From the NCBI GenBank assembly GCA_013265495.1, contig MU058384.1, positions 3,137,010 through 3,201,009 of the forward strand: a DNA stretch of 64,000 bases. Direction: 5' to 3'. Numbering within the stretch: position 1 is the stretch's first letter; the number at the start of each line of letters is the position of its first letter. This DNA comes from Vicugna vicugna. Its lineage: Eukaryota. The notes beneath the pieces are model-generated. The model was not told where the DNA came from. It saw only the letters and a list, made by a program, of their open reading frames with translations, and ran no database searches. The position numbers and the translations under genes are program-made. Below are positions 50,121 through 62,108 of the stretch, in pieces.

Positions 50121-50689
50121 ATGCAGGTAATCGAATCCCAAGGCCAAGTCATATTTCACTTGTAGTTTACTAACCCTGTGAGACTTCTATTTTTGTACTA
50201 CTGGGTTTATTGTTGTTATTGTCTGAATTTTCAGAAGTTATGAATCCCAAATATTAGAGAGAGACTGGACCTTTGAGATATTCGAGATAAGAAACCTGAG
50301 GCACAAACGGGGGAAACATTTCTCCCAAGATCACAAAGTTAGTCTAAATACCTGCCTCAATTTTCTACTGCACTTTGTGGAAGTCTTTTCAACTGCACCT
50401 TTGAGAACTATTTCTCAGGCCTCTAGGCCACACATCATACAGAATGCGAATGCCGGCGCCTTCATTAGGCGCTGTCTGAGGGTTTGGTTCTGCCGATCAT
50501 GCAGGTGTTAGCTCGCTGAGATTCACATCTGCACTGGAACTTGTTACCAGGAGATGCAGTTATCACTGTCTCGATTCTGCTTTTCTTTATCTCACAACTT
50601 AACACCCTTGGAATGTTTACGTTTTGTTGTTGTTGTGGATTTGAGATCCAGCAGCACAGATAGCTCTGTGTTAGGGGCAGCTGGGGAGG

Positions 50690-50860
50690 AACCAGGCACC
50701 AGCCTGTCTGGGAGCAAGTCATCCTGCACCTCCCTCCCTGCCCCAGTTTCCTCCTCTGTAAAATGGGGACAATGGCAGTACCACCCCATGGGACTATTAT
50801 GATGCTTCCATGAGTTAATATTTGTTAGTCCCTTAGATTAGTGCCTGAGTCATAATAAGT
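50690..50860 (+). mobile_element. MIR SINE
   Basis: CAAGTCA...CCCCAGTTTCCTCCTCTGTAAAATGGGGACAAT. Confidence 0.85.
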
Positions 50861-51699
50861 TCTGCTAAAATAATGAACACCTTTAAAGTCAGCCTCTTTG
50901 GGGGAGAGATTTTGTTTGAGTGTTTGTCTTTTGGTTCTTTTTTTAAAACAACATCATCATCAGTGCTAATTTTTTTAATTCAAAACTATCTCAACTTTCT
51001 TCTCTCAGGTGTAGAAGTTGGACATCTCTGTAGTTGCTTTTTTTATTACATATATTTAGTTTATGTTTTATACTCTGTTGTACTTATTTATGATATAACT
51101 TTCTCTTTCAATATAAAATATAGTAAGATCATTTCCCTACCAGGTCCTGGGTTTTAAAAATCTTGTCGACTTAAAATTTTTCACATAGTTTTAATAGCAA
51201 TTAGAAATAACAAATGAACAGCAACAACAAAAATAAATCTGACAAAGAAATAAAGACATTTCAATTGTGTCTCCTGATACAACTTTAAATTGCAATAACC
51301 ACCTGGATGGGGTATTGTGTTGATGGTTCTTTTAAAATATTTTAAAAGATTTCGGGCTCACTTAAGCTGAAAACAAGTATCCCTTCAGATAAATGAGCTG
51401 TATTTGATATAATTATGATATTTTTTCCATCAGGTGGAAATCACAATAGCTACATCATCTTTCTCTCAAGATTTGTAAAATTGAAAATTTCATTTTTGAG
51501 AAATGCAACACTTTCGTTGTTAATCAGCACTCTACCCGTGTTACTGGATTCAAAACTCAGTAATCAAATATGCCACCGACTTTAAAATAGTCTGTTTGCA
51601 GAAGTTATTATTTGTGAATGGATGGATTCGCGCATTCTTCATGAGGGTGGGAATGCAGCCACATTTCCTTTAGAAAGTTCAAAAGCTACCGTGCCTCCT

Positions 51700-52280
51700 T
51701 GCTGACAATTGCTGGCCGGACAATCAGAGAAGATTCACTAGTTGTCTCGGCAAAACAGTTATTTAGAAACTTTCTGTCTGTCAACTGCTTCTATTGGAAA
51801 AGTCTGGACAAGGTGGTGTCCATAGGATGATTTTATTTCTTGGATTTTTAACAGAGATTTCCTCCCCTCCCCCCCTGTCTTGGCAGCAGGCGCACTAGCT
51901 CAGAAATCTGTAAACACGCCGGCTGTCTTAAAGAAAATTCTGGGGCACAATGAAGTCTACACATCGTGGCGGCCTGGCCTGCTGGGTTCAAGACACTGAA
52001 AGCGGCCGCCGGGGGGACTTTCTCAGCCTTTTGGAAACTGTCTCAGCTCTGGGAGTTTGCTCAAGTGTACGAAGGCTGTTTGCAAGGGCGGACACCTGCT
52101 GAGTGGGTTTGCTCTCCTCCCAGGAGCTCAGCGAAGGTGAGAGGGCTCCTTCACATCTTCTCTTTTCCTTGAACCGACACAATGGTTTCTTCAGCAGTCC
52201 CTCTGCCAGGGAGCGCTCCGTCTCGCATCTCTCACACTGGGGCATTTTTCCACATTTCCAGGATTACGGCCACTTTTACT
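51700..52280. promoter_or_regulatory. CpG-enriched candidate promoter or enhancer
   Basis: Local CpG cluster including GCGGCCGC (52002), kB-like GGGACTTTCT (52014), GC box (52086), donor-like AAG|GTGAGA (52137). Confidence 0.45.
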
Positions 52281-53329
52281 TAGATCTATGTGTGCTGCCT
52301 GCACATACAAAGAAGCACTTGGGGACAGGATTAGTAGGATTAGGAGAGATTCACATATGTCCAGTTCAAGCAATTGGTATTCAAAGCTTTACACTTTCAA
52401 ATGCCACCAAGAGAGAGAAAAAGGGCAGGGAGCTTGCTTTGCATTTTAGCACCTTCAAGAGAGGAACAGTGCTTTTGATTGGTGTTTAAAGCGGAGGGGA
52501 TAAACAGATTCCTCCTCGGTTTAATCCAGTCCAGCATACCCTGGCCTCTCATCTGGGGACCCAAATAGCAGTGCTGCCCGGCTCTAAAATCACCAATTTC
52601 TGCATTTTGGTGGTTATTAGTGTTCTGAGTAACACGCCACAGGGCATATGTTTTCAGCAAGTTCCTTTCCCGGTTGGGATTGACTGTTTTATATCCAGGC
52701 ATTCCTGCAAGATCTCCCTTGCAAAATATTCCTAACTGTTTGCAGGGGCCTGAGAGTGAAACTCAGCTTCCTCGCGACGATTTATAGCGGAGGTTTGATT
52801 TCTTTTCATTCATTGGTGGTGGGGGGTTCAGGGGTGTAATAGGTAATAGAATTACACTTGAAATCTGAAAAACAGTTTTTGAAATAGTGACTTTGTTTCT
52901 TACACTTTGTGTGGGAGACAGCAGGAGATACCCCTCCTCACTCATGCAGCAGAACTCATTTTCGTATCACTCACTTCTGTTTTCAGGTCGCGGAAGAGCC
53001 CACTGTTTTCCCCCTCAACCTCCCATTCCTAGAAAGACCTATTTTCCTTTACAGAGGAGCAAAATAGTCAGAGAAAACAACTACCTCTTTTTTAGGTTAT
53101 ATTGTATCACCACCAATTCCATGACTCCCATTAGCTAATATGTAAGAAACATTTTGCTCTAGATTAGATCATATTTTGTGTTTTACTTAGCAACAGGCAT
53201 CCTTGATTATAAGGTTCTATTTTGATGTATTTGGGCAGCATTTTGACATCTTTCCCCTGGCCCTGGATGCCCTAGAAATTAACTTCTCGTAAGCCCTTCC
53301 CTTCTCACCTCTTCACAGGCAGAGACCCC

Positions 53330-55370
53330 GCTGTCGCACCCCTTCCTGTGTCATCAGTTTCCTCCCACTGCTAGATCATTCTCAGAAACATATAAGCATG
53401 CTGTCATTTCTCCCATCTTGAAAAGGAAATACTGCTCCAATCATTGTACCATTTTTCTGCTTCTCTTCTGAGCAAAACTGTTTGACTGAGTTTTCATAGT
53501 AACATTCTCCATTTTCTCCCTTCCCACATTTTCTGGAACTTTCTCCATTCTGACTTCTGCCTCAACTGTACCATCGACACTGCTGTAGTCTAGGTTGTCA
53601 ATGACTTCCATCTTGATAGATCCACAAGGTGAAATCTCAGTCTTCGTCTCATCAGAACTGTCAAGAGAGTGACACTGATGTTACTGCCTCCTTAAAACTC
53701 TGTTTTCACTTGGCTTCCAGGACACCATCCTCTCTGGGCTGTCCTCCCACCCTGGTGGCTGCCCCTTCTCTGTCTCCTTTGTTGCTTCCTCCTTTTCTTC
53801 CCTCTTTCCCGGAGGTGCACTAAGACTCAGTTCTTGGAATGTTCTCCTCTTTATCTGCATTCAAACCCCGTGGTGATCTTATCTAGTCGCATGAAGGGTA
53901 GACATGCTTATACAACTGCCTACTTAATGTTTCCATTTGGATCAGTATCTCAAACTTCACTTATCCAAAATATCTCCTTTCTCAGTCTTTCCCATCTCAT
54001 TTGTTGAGAGAATTGACAAAAATTGACCAAAAAAAAAAAACAACCCACCATAACTCCCAGAAAGATATAAAATGAACTCATGTCAAGGGCTTTATTTAAC
54101 TCATTAATTTATGAGGGAAACCAGTAAGATGGTTACAATCAGTTTAAAGAAGCATTCCAAGAGCAAAGATATAAAAAAGGATAAGAAATTCTGAAATCCA
54201 TGCAAAATGGGTCTATCTGCAAAAAATAGTCAATTGCATTCTACTAAAAACAATCAATGTGTTTTTTGGGGGCAAGAGTAGCTTACATTATTGTCAGTTT
54301 TCTACAATTTACAAAGCTGTGATACATCTTAAAAACAATGGAAGGCAGACATGACCTGAATGAGTGACTTAGGACACTCACTGATCTTTTCATCACTCCG
54401 CCCTGCCCATTTCAAAGTCCTTCATGATTTCCCTCTACCACAGTGGATTGCATTTATTTATTTATTTATTTATTTTGCATTTTTTTAGAGGACTAAAAAT
54501 GTTTGAGTTCATTTTTAATCTCTTTTTTTCTCACACTTCATATCCAATCTCTCAGCCAATCAGTTGGCTCAGCCTTCAGATGATACCCAGAATCTGACCC
54601 TCTCTCAACACATCCACCACACGAGTGGTACCAGCCACCATCGTTTTCTGCCCAGTCACCTCGTAACTGGGCTCCCTGCTTTTGGCCTTACCCCTCTCTA
54701 TCTATTCTTAATACAGCAGAGTGAGACTTCCAAAATATTAAGTAGGTTCAAGTCACTCCTCTGCTGAAAACTCTCTCATACTTCACACTTAAAGTAAAAG
54801 CCAAGATTTTCAGTTAAGAGTACAACTTAAAATTCTTCACTAATCTCTATAAACTCTGCATCCTCAGCTGCTAACCCTCCACCCCAGAGAGGGGTCTCTC
54901 TGATATCACTTTTAACCATCTTTCCCCCCATCCTGCTTCCCTCACATTTGCTATTTTTCAAACATGAGAGCTTGTTCCTGCCTCGGAGCCTCTTCATATA
55001 TGTTGCTACCTCTGCCAGGAATACTTCCCCCCAAATATTTAAATGACTTGGTCTTTTGTCTGCTCCGGGGTTTGCTCAAGTGCAAACTTCTCAGAATTCT
55101 TTCCTGACATTATTTATAATTATAATCACTGTTTCCTACCCCTTCTCCCTTTGTTCCATCTCCCACTTCCGTTCCTGTTTGTTGTTTTTTCCCATAGCAA
55201 TTGTGGCCATCTCATATAATGCATATTTTACTTATTTATGCGTTCCCTTTATAGTTTAAGGCAATTGAAGGATGGGTTATGGGTTTATTTTGTTTATTTG
55301 GGAATTACCTATGCCTAGACTAGTATCTGGCACTTTGAGTTGCTTAATAAATACTTCTTAATGAATGAAG
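53330..55370 (+). mobile_element. Long L2 (RT region to 3' end), interrupted by LTR37-like element
   Basis: CTGACTTCTGCCTC..CGACACTGCTG..GTCAATGACTTCC resembles SGF....STETAL.KV.ND; ends CTGGCAC..GCTTAATAAATAC..AATGAATGAA. Confidence 0.85.
54002..54442 (-). mobile_element. ERV1 solo LTR, LTR37-like
   Basis: TG...CA bounded insert in L2; TTTATTTAACTCATTAAT motif with AATAAA on the minus strand. Confidence 0.65.
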
Positions 55371-56134
55371 CATTTCAAGCCTTTAGTGAAATAACCTGGA
55401 AAACTTACAACAAAAAGATACTGGTGGTGCAATAAGAAACTGAATTGAAAACCTAGATATTAGGTGCAGATGATACAGTTCATGTTAGGTAAATATCTTG
55501 GAGTTTTTGGGTGCTGTGATCGGAGGGTTGAGGCTGGGTAGACCTCAACTTGAGCCTTTCCGAGCCGTGGCCGAGACCTTTCCCTGTACAGGCTGAATAT
55601 CATCACCACCAATCCAAGCATGTCATCCACAAAGACCTGGGAAGAGAGAAAAGAAGCTATGTTCTCTAAACATCCCTCAGCCAGGAGCCTTCTGCTGAGC
55701 TATGTCGGTAATACATCACTTAAACTGATTGTAGTTAAGGGTAAATTCTACCAGTGTTTTATGTCAAGGTGATTACTCTTGGCAGGCTTCACACCCAGAT
55801 ATCTGCAGACTACTTCACACTTGGGATAAAAATGACCACACCAATCTCCTTGGAAGTAGAGCTGTTCCCATGTGTTGTACATCTTACATTAGCATTCCCA
55901 TGTGGCCTCTCCCCTAGCCCTGGTAATAGTTACCAATCTTGTAAAAATTTTTTCTGTCTAACCAATCAGAGAACACAGTTTACTTTCATCTAGAAGAGGT
56001 AGCAGTCTACATTTGTGCTGTTACTTCAGATCTAGGTCAGCCCCTTTGTTCTCTGACATAATTTCATCCATCTAGCACCTCTTACTACTGTATCTAGTAA
56101 CCCACTTGCCAAATGTTTGGTTTCTTTTTACATA

Positions 56135-56530
56135 AGATCAAGTTAGGCAAGATCGCACTAACAGAGCCAAAATTAAATGACTTATAGAACAGAGAAGTTT
56201 ATTTCTTGTTCATGTCACAGTTCCAATATGAATGGTCCAGGTCCTTAAGGAAGTTCTGCTCTGCAGTATAATTTGGGAATAGATTTCCTTTTTTTTCTAA
56301 GTTACTGCTTTATACATACTTAGGGCATTTTCACCATCTGCATGGTTCAACTGTGGTCAGAAAGTAGACAGAAAGAGGCAAATATAGAAGGGGCATGTTC
56401 AATGTCTTGACTCCCAGTCTTGCATCTTCTCACTTCTCATATTCCATTGGTGATAACTTGGTCACATAGTAATTCAAGATTAAGGATGTCTTTAAGTTAG
56501 TCAGAGAATAGGTTTAGTAGACTGTTGGCT
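56135..56530 (-). mobile_element. Old MaLR LTR (MLT1H/J-like)
   Basis: AGAAGTTTATTTCTTGTTCATG...CATATTCCATTGG...GGTCACAT. Confidence 0.55.
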
Positions 56531-56547
56531 GTTTATGTCACACTAAC

Positions 56548-56845
56548 CTCATTACTTTGGGCTCCACTGATTTAACAGTGCTAGTTACCAAGGAAGGAAA
56601 GCTTCCACAAGAACACACATAATTATTTCTAGTGATGTGAAGTTGAGACTACCACTTGGTCCTTTAGGGTTTTTCACATCCTTTAACCGCAGGGAGAAGA
56701 CAGTCTGTTACTATGCTGGCTGAAGTTATTGTTATACTGATAATTGAGAGGAAACAGTCTTGTTGCAAAATAATGGAGGAAGAGAAGGGTATGTCTGTGA
56801 TTCAGGATCTATTCTGGGTACCTACTACTACTGCAACCATTGAAG
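56548..56845 (+). mobile_element. ERVL internal fragment, dUTPase-like region
   Basis: Degenerate translation VLV..G.LP...KLRLP.G..G..VT.LA.VI...NGGREGYV..G resembles the ERVL dUTPase. Confidence 0.7.
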
Positions 56846-57049
56846 AGATATCATGAGTTTCATTGCATGAGGGCTATACATATCCGTTTGTAGATTTCTA
56901 ATAGCTACAAGGCATCTATTTCAGAGTATATTTTTATTATTTGTTTTGTTTTTTTAGGCCACAGTTACAAAGAATTAGATTAGTTATTCCTCTTTGTTCA
57001 TAGTGCATCCCCATCATTGGTCCATGAATGTTTGTTTGTGTTTATTTTG

Positions 57050-58620
57050 AATAATATAATAAACACCTGTGAACACTCATCCCGAAACAGAAACTGAAAC
57101 ATTGACAATATCTTCTGTAATTCTATGGTCCTCTCCCATCCCATACTGTTCCCTCCTTCCCCTGAAGTATCTACTGCTCTGAATATGAGTTGATCCTTCT
57201 CTTACTTTCATTCTTTTCTTTTTAAAAAAAAAAACAGTTTTTTTTTAATTTCCCTGTATATTCTTAATAAGTATGTTGTTTTGTTTTAGTTTGTTTAACT
57301 TTGCAAAACTGCTATTATTCTCCATGTAATCTTTTGGAACCGTCATTATTTCTCTTAATTTTATGTTGATAGGATTTATTTATATTTTTGCATGTAGCTA
57401 TAGTTTATTTAAACTATAGAGTAATTCTTTGCATGTACCCTAATTTACTTATCTATTTTCCTATTAATAGCTATGTGCTCTTGTGGGCAGTGATGCTGTG
57501 AGTATCCTAGTACAGAACGTCTTTATGTGTACCGGTTCAAGACTTTTGAGTGGAGACATATAATCTGGGAGTAGAATTGCTGGTTCATGGGATTTATGAA
57601 TGTTCAGCTTTACAAGATAATATCAAACTGTTTTTCAAGGTGGCTCTATCAATGTATACTCTCACCAAAAAGTCCTGTTGAACTATACTGCCTTCAGTAC
57701 TTGGTATAATCAAATCTTAATATTTGGCATTTGAATAGGTATAAAATGCCATCTCTTTGTGGTATTTATTTCACTTTCTTGACTACTTAATTGAAGTTGA
57801 AAATCTTTTCATAAGTTTATTGGTCATATGAATTTTCTCCCTTGTAATATTTCTATTTGTCTTTTGCTCATTTTTCCTGTTTTCCTATTATCAGTTTCAT
57901 ATTGATTTGTCAATGTTCTTTGTATATTTACGATACTAGTGTTTTATTGGTCTTGCATATTGCAAAGGTCTTTTCTCAGTTTAAAAATAGTCTTTTCACA
58001 TCCATGATGGTGGGTTTGATTAAAGGCGGGTCACAGTTTTAATGGAATCACATTTATCAACTGCTTTCTTTTTTCCGTTCTTGTCTATTTTAAAAATGTA
58101 TCTCTATTTCAAGATCACAAACTTGTCTTTTTTATTAAATGTTTTCAAGATTTGCTCTTAAAATTTAAGTATGACCAATCTGGAGTTTATTTTTGTTTAT
58201 GGTTTGAGGTAAGGATCTAGTTTCAAATTCTTATGTAAATAATTAGTTTTTTTTCCACTATCCCCTCACATCTTTCTATCTTTTCCAACATTTTCCCCAA
58301 CTCATAGACCATACACCCTTTGTCATATTTCAGTGGTTGATACATGTGCAGATCTCTTTCTCTTCTTTCTATTCTATTCTATTGGCCAACTGTAATCATT
58401 CTGCACTGCCATTATTTATTTTGTTTTAAAATAAGCCTTGAAATTAGATATTGAAATTATTTCATCTATACTTACTTCATCAGAAGTTCCTTGACTATTC
58501 TTGGTCCTTTACTTTTCAACAGATGTGTTTTTAGAATTAGCTCATTAAATTGTACGAAACATTCTATTGGTATTTTATTTAAAATTTTATTGAAATGACA
58601 GATAAATTTGAGGAGAATTG
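57050..58620 (-). mobile_element. Old L1ME-like element
   Basis: GAGTAGAATTGCTGG, TTTTCATAAGTTTATTGGTCAT, TATGGTTTGAGGTAAGGATCTAG, ATAAATTTGAGGAGAATTGACA landmarks. Confidence 0.85.
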
Positions 58621-59499
58621 ACACTGACTAAAGATATGTGAACCCTTTACAGAAAAAAGTATAAAACTTCATTGAATGTATTTTAAAAGATGAAATTAAT
58701 GGAGAATTATAAAGTATTTATGGATAACAAGGTTTAACATTGTAAAGTTTATACATTATATTGGAAATATTCAAAGAATTCATGACTGGCAAGGCATTTT
58801 ATACAGTTTATGCACTGTTAGAAAGCATTAGACATTCACAAATGTCTAATCTGGAAATTTTAAAGAGTACCCTCAGGAGAGGCACTGTGAGATTACCATT
58901 ACAAACAAGAAACAACTTTCCATTTTAGTACATGACCTTCTTGTTTCTGTTTTCAGTTTACTCATTTTAAAAAGAGTTTTAAGATATTTTAATTTTTAAA
59001 AATATGCAGTAGTCAAGAACACATAAGAAGAGAAATACATAGGCATTATGGCCTTAGGGTTTTCCATTATGGTAGATTTCCTTCATGTCAAAAATGCACT
59101 TGTGAATTTGAACATTAGTTTTTCTAATTACATTTACATTCATATGATGGAATCACAGCAGTGCCTAAGATAGGAAAGCCAAAGTGCCACAGAGGCTAAT
59201 GAGATATTTTCTGTGGAATCTTCCTATTTAAGAAGTACTCTACATCTGAAACATTCTCCAAGAGTCCTATCTGGGACTAGCCTGAACAAATTACATATTT
59301 ATTTAGCACCCCTCAATTCTTGCATTGGCTCCTTAAACATCCTCTCCAAATGTCCATTACTGCAGACATGTCCACATCTCCACTGGGGCTGGAAACTCCC
59401 TTTGCACCACCTCCTACCTCAGAGATGTTTCTTATCCCGCTATCTGCTCCATCACCTTCCTCCATTGGGAAGTTAGCAGATTTTTCTTTTCCTCTACTT

Positions 59500-59933
59500 A
59501 CCATACTTTTGGCCTACCTTTTTACTCCAGCCGTTTCTGGTCTCAGTCACACTGCATGCCTCTGACACAATGATGTGGAGAATCAATGGGGACGGCCTTG
59601 TCACTCCCATATGGGTGGCCCAGAGTTGTGGAAGTATCTAATGGTCCATGAGCAGCCCACACCATTGCAGGGGTAGGAGGTACTGGAAACAATGGCTAAA
59701 TGCTTCTCTGTTTCATCCCTTGGGCGAACACATCGAAGATGTCTTCTATACACTCATGAGAAGGACCCAGAGAAATCAAGTCCCAGCTGTCCACAGCAGT
59801 GATCAACTTGACAAAGCACCGTTTCATTGACTGTACCTCCATCTTTGTTTCTCTCTCCCCCATGCCCTGATTCCTGCTCTCTGGGATCATTTTCCAAATA
59901 AATGTCCTACCAAAGAGAAACCAGGCTAAGACA
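59500..59933 (+). mobile_element. ERVL LTR16-like
   Basis: 3' end CTGGGATCATTTTCCAAATAAA...GGCTAAGACA; 5' boundary uncertain. Confidence 0.6.
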
Positions 59934-60974
59934 AGAAAATATACCTCATGTTCTCAAAGTCTATTCTCTGTGCTTTTGGGACAAGTACCTAATTTGTGAA
60001 AATGACCAGTATTTATAGCAGAAACCTAAAAATCACATTCATTGAGCCCTTTTGGAGGTTATTGGCTTTTTCAGTTTTTAGCACCAATACTGCAACACCA
60101 TAAGTACACAGAGGCATGTTTTATTTGATTTTGATCCTCTAGAACCTTTAATTGTGCTGCTGCACAGGGGGCACTCAAGAAATGCTGAATGCATGAATGA
60201 ATGAAAACAATGCTCTGTGGGTTTTTCATGATATCAGTGGTAAGAGTCTATGGTTAGGTCAGAATAGGATTTAGTCAGTACCAGCCGTGAGAAGGTCTTT
60301 TAGGAAAAAGTTTGGCAGGGCTTCCAAATCCCAAAGTGCAAGTATCACACACCTGCTTCCCCATATGAGGCCAATCCTGGTCTAAGAACCCCACCCTGAG
60401 TTCTGAGTGTCAGGGATGGGTGTGTGATTACGGGGTACAATACAAAGACTGGTCTGTAAAATTCTGTTTGGGACTCAGAATTCAAATAAGCCTGTTGGTT
60501 TCCAGGGATTTCTCTAAGAGAAAAACAAAATTTTAATCATTTTTCTCCCAACAATCGTTCTTTCTTTTAATAAACAATCAGGTACCTTCCTATCATGTTG
60601 TTTAGAGGGACTGAGGACTTGTCATAGTGTCTTCTAAAGCTAGTGGATTCTGTACCTCAATTTCATTCCTTAAAGTCATAACATTTTCCAAGTACAGGCC
60701 CCAACATCTGAAAGGTACTTTGGTGTGCCTTATATTACTAATTCTCAACTTGCCAAGGAGTGGAGGTTCATAGGAAAGGATGTTTCCTGACTTAATAGTG
60801 AGGATAGATGTAAGAAATTCTTAAAAGAATACTAGGATTAGATTTTTACAAGACAAACTATAGAATAAAACTGAGCAAATATTTTTGGCTGGTAAAAATA
60901 CATACAGAGACAAAGTGAGAAACTATTTTATTTCAAAAGCATAATCCTGCACAATTTTAAAACATTTGCGAAAA

Positions 60975-61130
60975 CTATTCTTTCATCCTCATAATGGCAT
61001 ATGTTATGAGTATTACTATTTTCATTGTGCAGATGACAAAGTGGAAGTTCAGAAATGGTAAGAAACTTGTGTTAAGTGTGCACAGCTGGTAAGCAGCAAA
61101 TCCTATCCAGGAAATTAGATGGACTGTGAA
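60975..61130 (-). mobile_element. MIR SINE
   Basis: ATTTTCATTGTGCAGATGACAAAGTGGAAGTTCAGAAATGGTAAGAAACTTG..CACAGCTGGTAAG. Confidence 0.7.
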
Positions 61131-61807
61131 GTCTTTTTGTGTAATACTTCCTCCTGTCTTCATAAGGAGGACACTCTCATCAGTGAGGAAATGGTATCTC
61201 TATGTTTACAGCATAAGAGTTATCAAAAAAAAAGTAGTTTATATATCTCTAAGACCTCATCTTTCCTATGATCCTATGGTGCTTGCAAGCTTTGCCGGAA
61301 GACAACTTATTAAAGAATTTTACTCAATAGTCTTGGTTTATTTGCATTCTTTGCTGACATTTGTTTTCATTCTACTTGTTATTTATGACCTTCACGACCA
61401 AGGACATGAAGGACAGCACAAGCATTGAGAAGAGCTCTGCCTTTGTCACTCTAGTCCTGTCTTTGCAAAGGTTTTCAATCCCAGGATGTATATGCCCTTC
61501 AGATTTTAGTTTTCAGTTTCTACAGCTACTTAAAACTCAAGTTGAATTGGTTATAGGCTCTTGCTTGGCCCATATCTTTCCTGCCACACCTTTCTTTCAG
61601 GAACATTTTTCTACTGGGTGTCTGTTCTAGGTATTGTTTTCCCAAAGGCATCCTTTTCCATTTAATATAATTACTTCAATTCATAAATCTAACGGGAGCA
61701 AAAGAGCTATTACCCTTTGCATTATTTTCACAGGAGGCAAAATTCTGATAAAGAGATAGGGCAAGTACAGAAAGTGTACTTGGAAATTTTACACATAATT
61801 GCATTAA

Positions 61808-61899
61808 TTTTTTTTTCTTAACGGAGATGCTGGGGCTTGAACATAGGACCTCATACATGCTAAGCATGCACTCTACTACTGAGCTAAATACCCTCCTCC
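61808..61899 (-). mobile_element. tRNA-derived SINE (camelid vic-1-like, short)
   Basis: Reverse complement reads GGAGGAGGGTATTTAGCTCAGTAGTAGAGTGCATGCTTAGCATGTATGAGGTCCTATGTTCAAGCCCC plus A tail. Confidence 0.88.
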
Positions 61900-62108
61900 A
61901 TCTGCATTTTTTTTTTTGATACAAACAAATCACATATAAAAGTTTTTTCCAGAAAAAAAATAAATTTTAACTCTGGAAAGAATTTTAAAAGAAGAGAGCT
62001 AAATACCCTCCTCCATCTGCATTTTTTTTTTGATACAAACAAATCACATATAAAAGTTTTTTCCAGAAAAAAAAATAATTTTAACTCTGGAAAGAATTTT
62101 AAAAGAAG
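61881..62108. repeat. Tandem duplication, period ~115 bp
   Basis: 61881-61994 repeated at 61996-62108 with only homopolymer-level differences. Confidence 0.97.
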
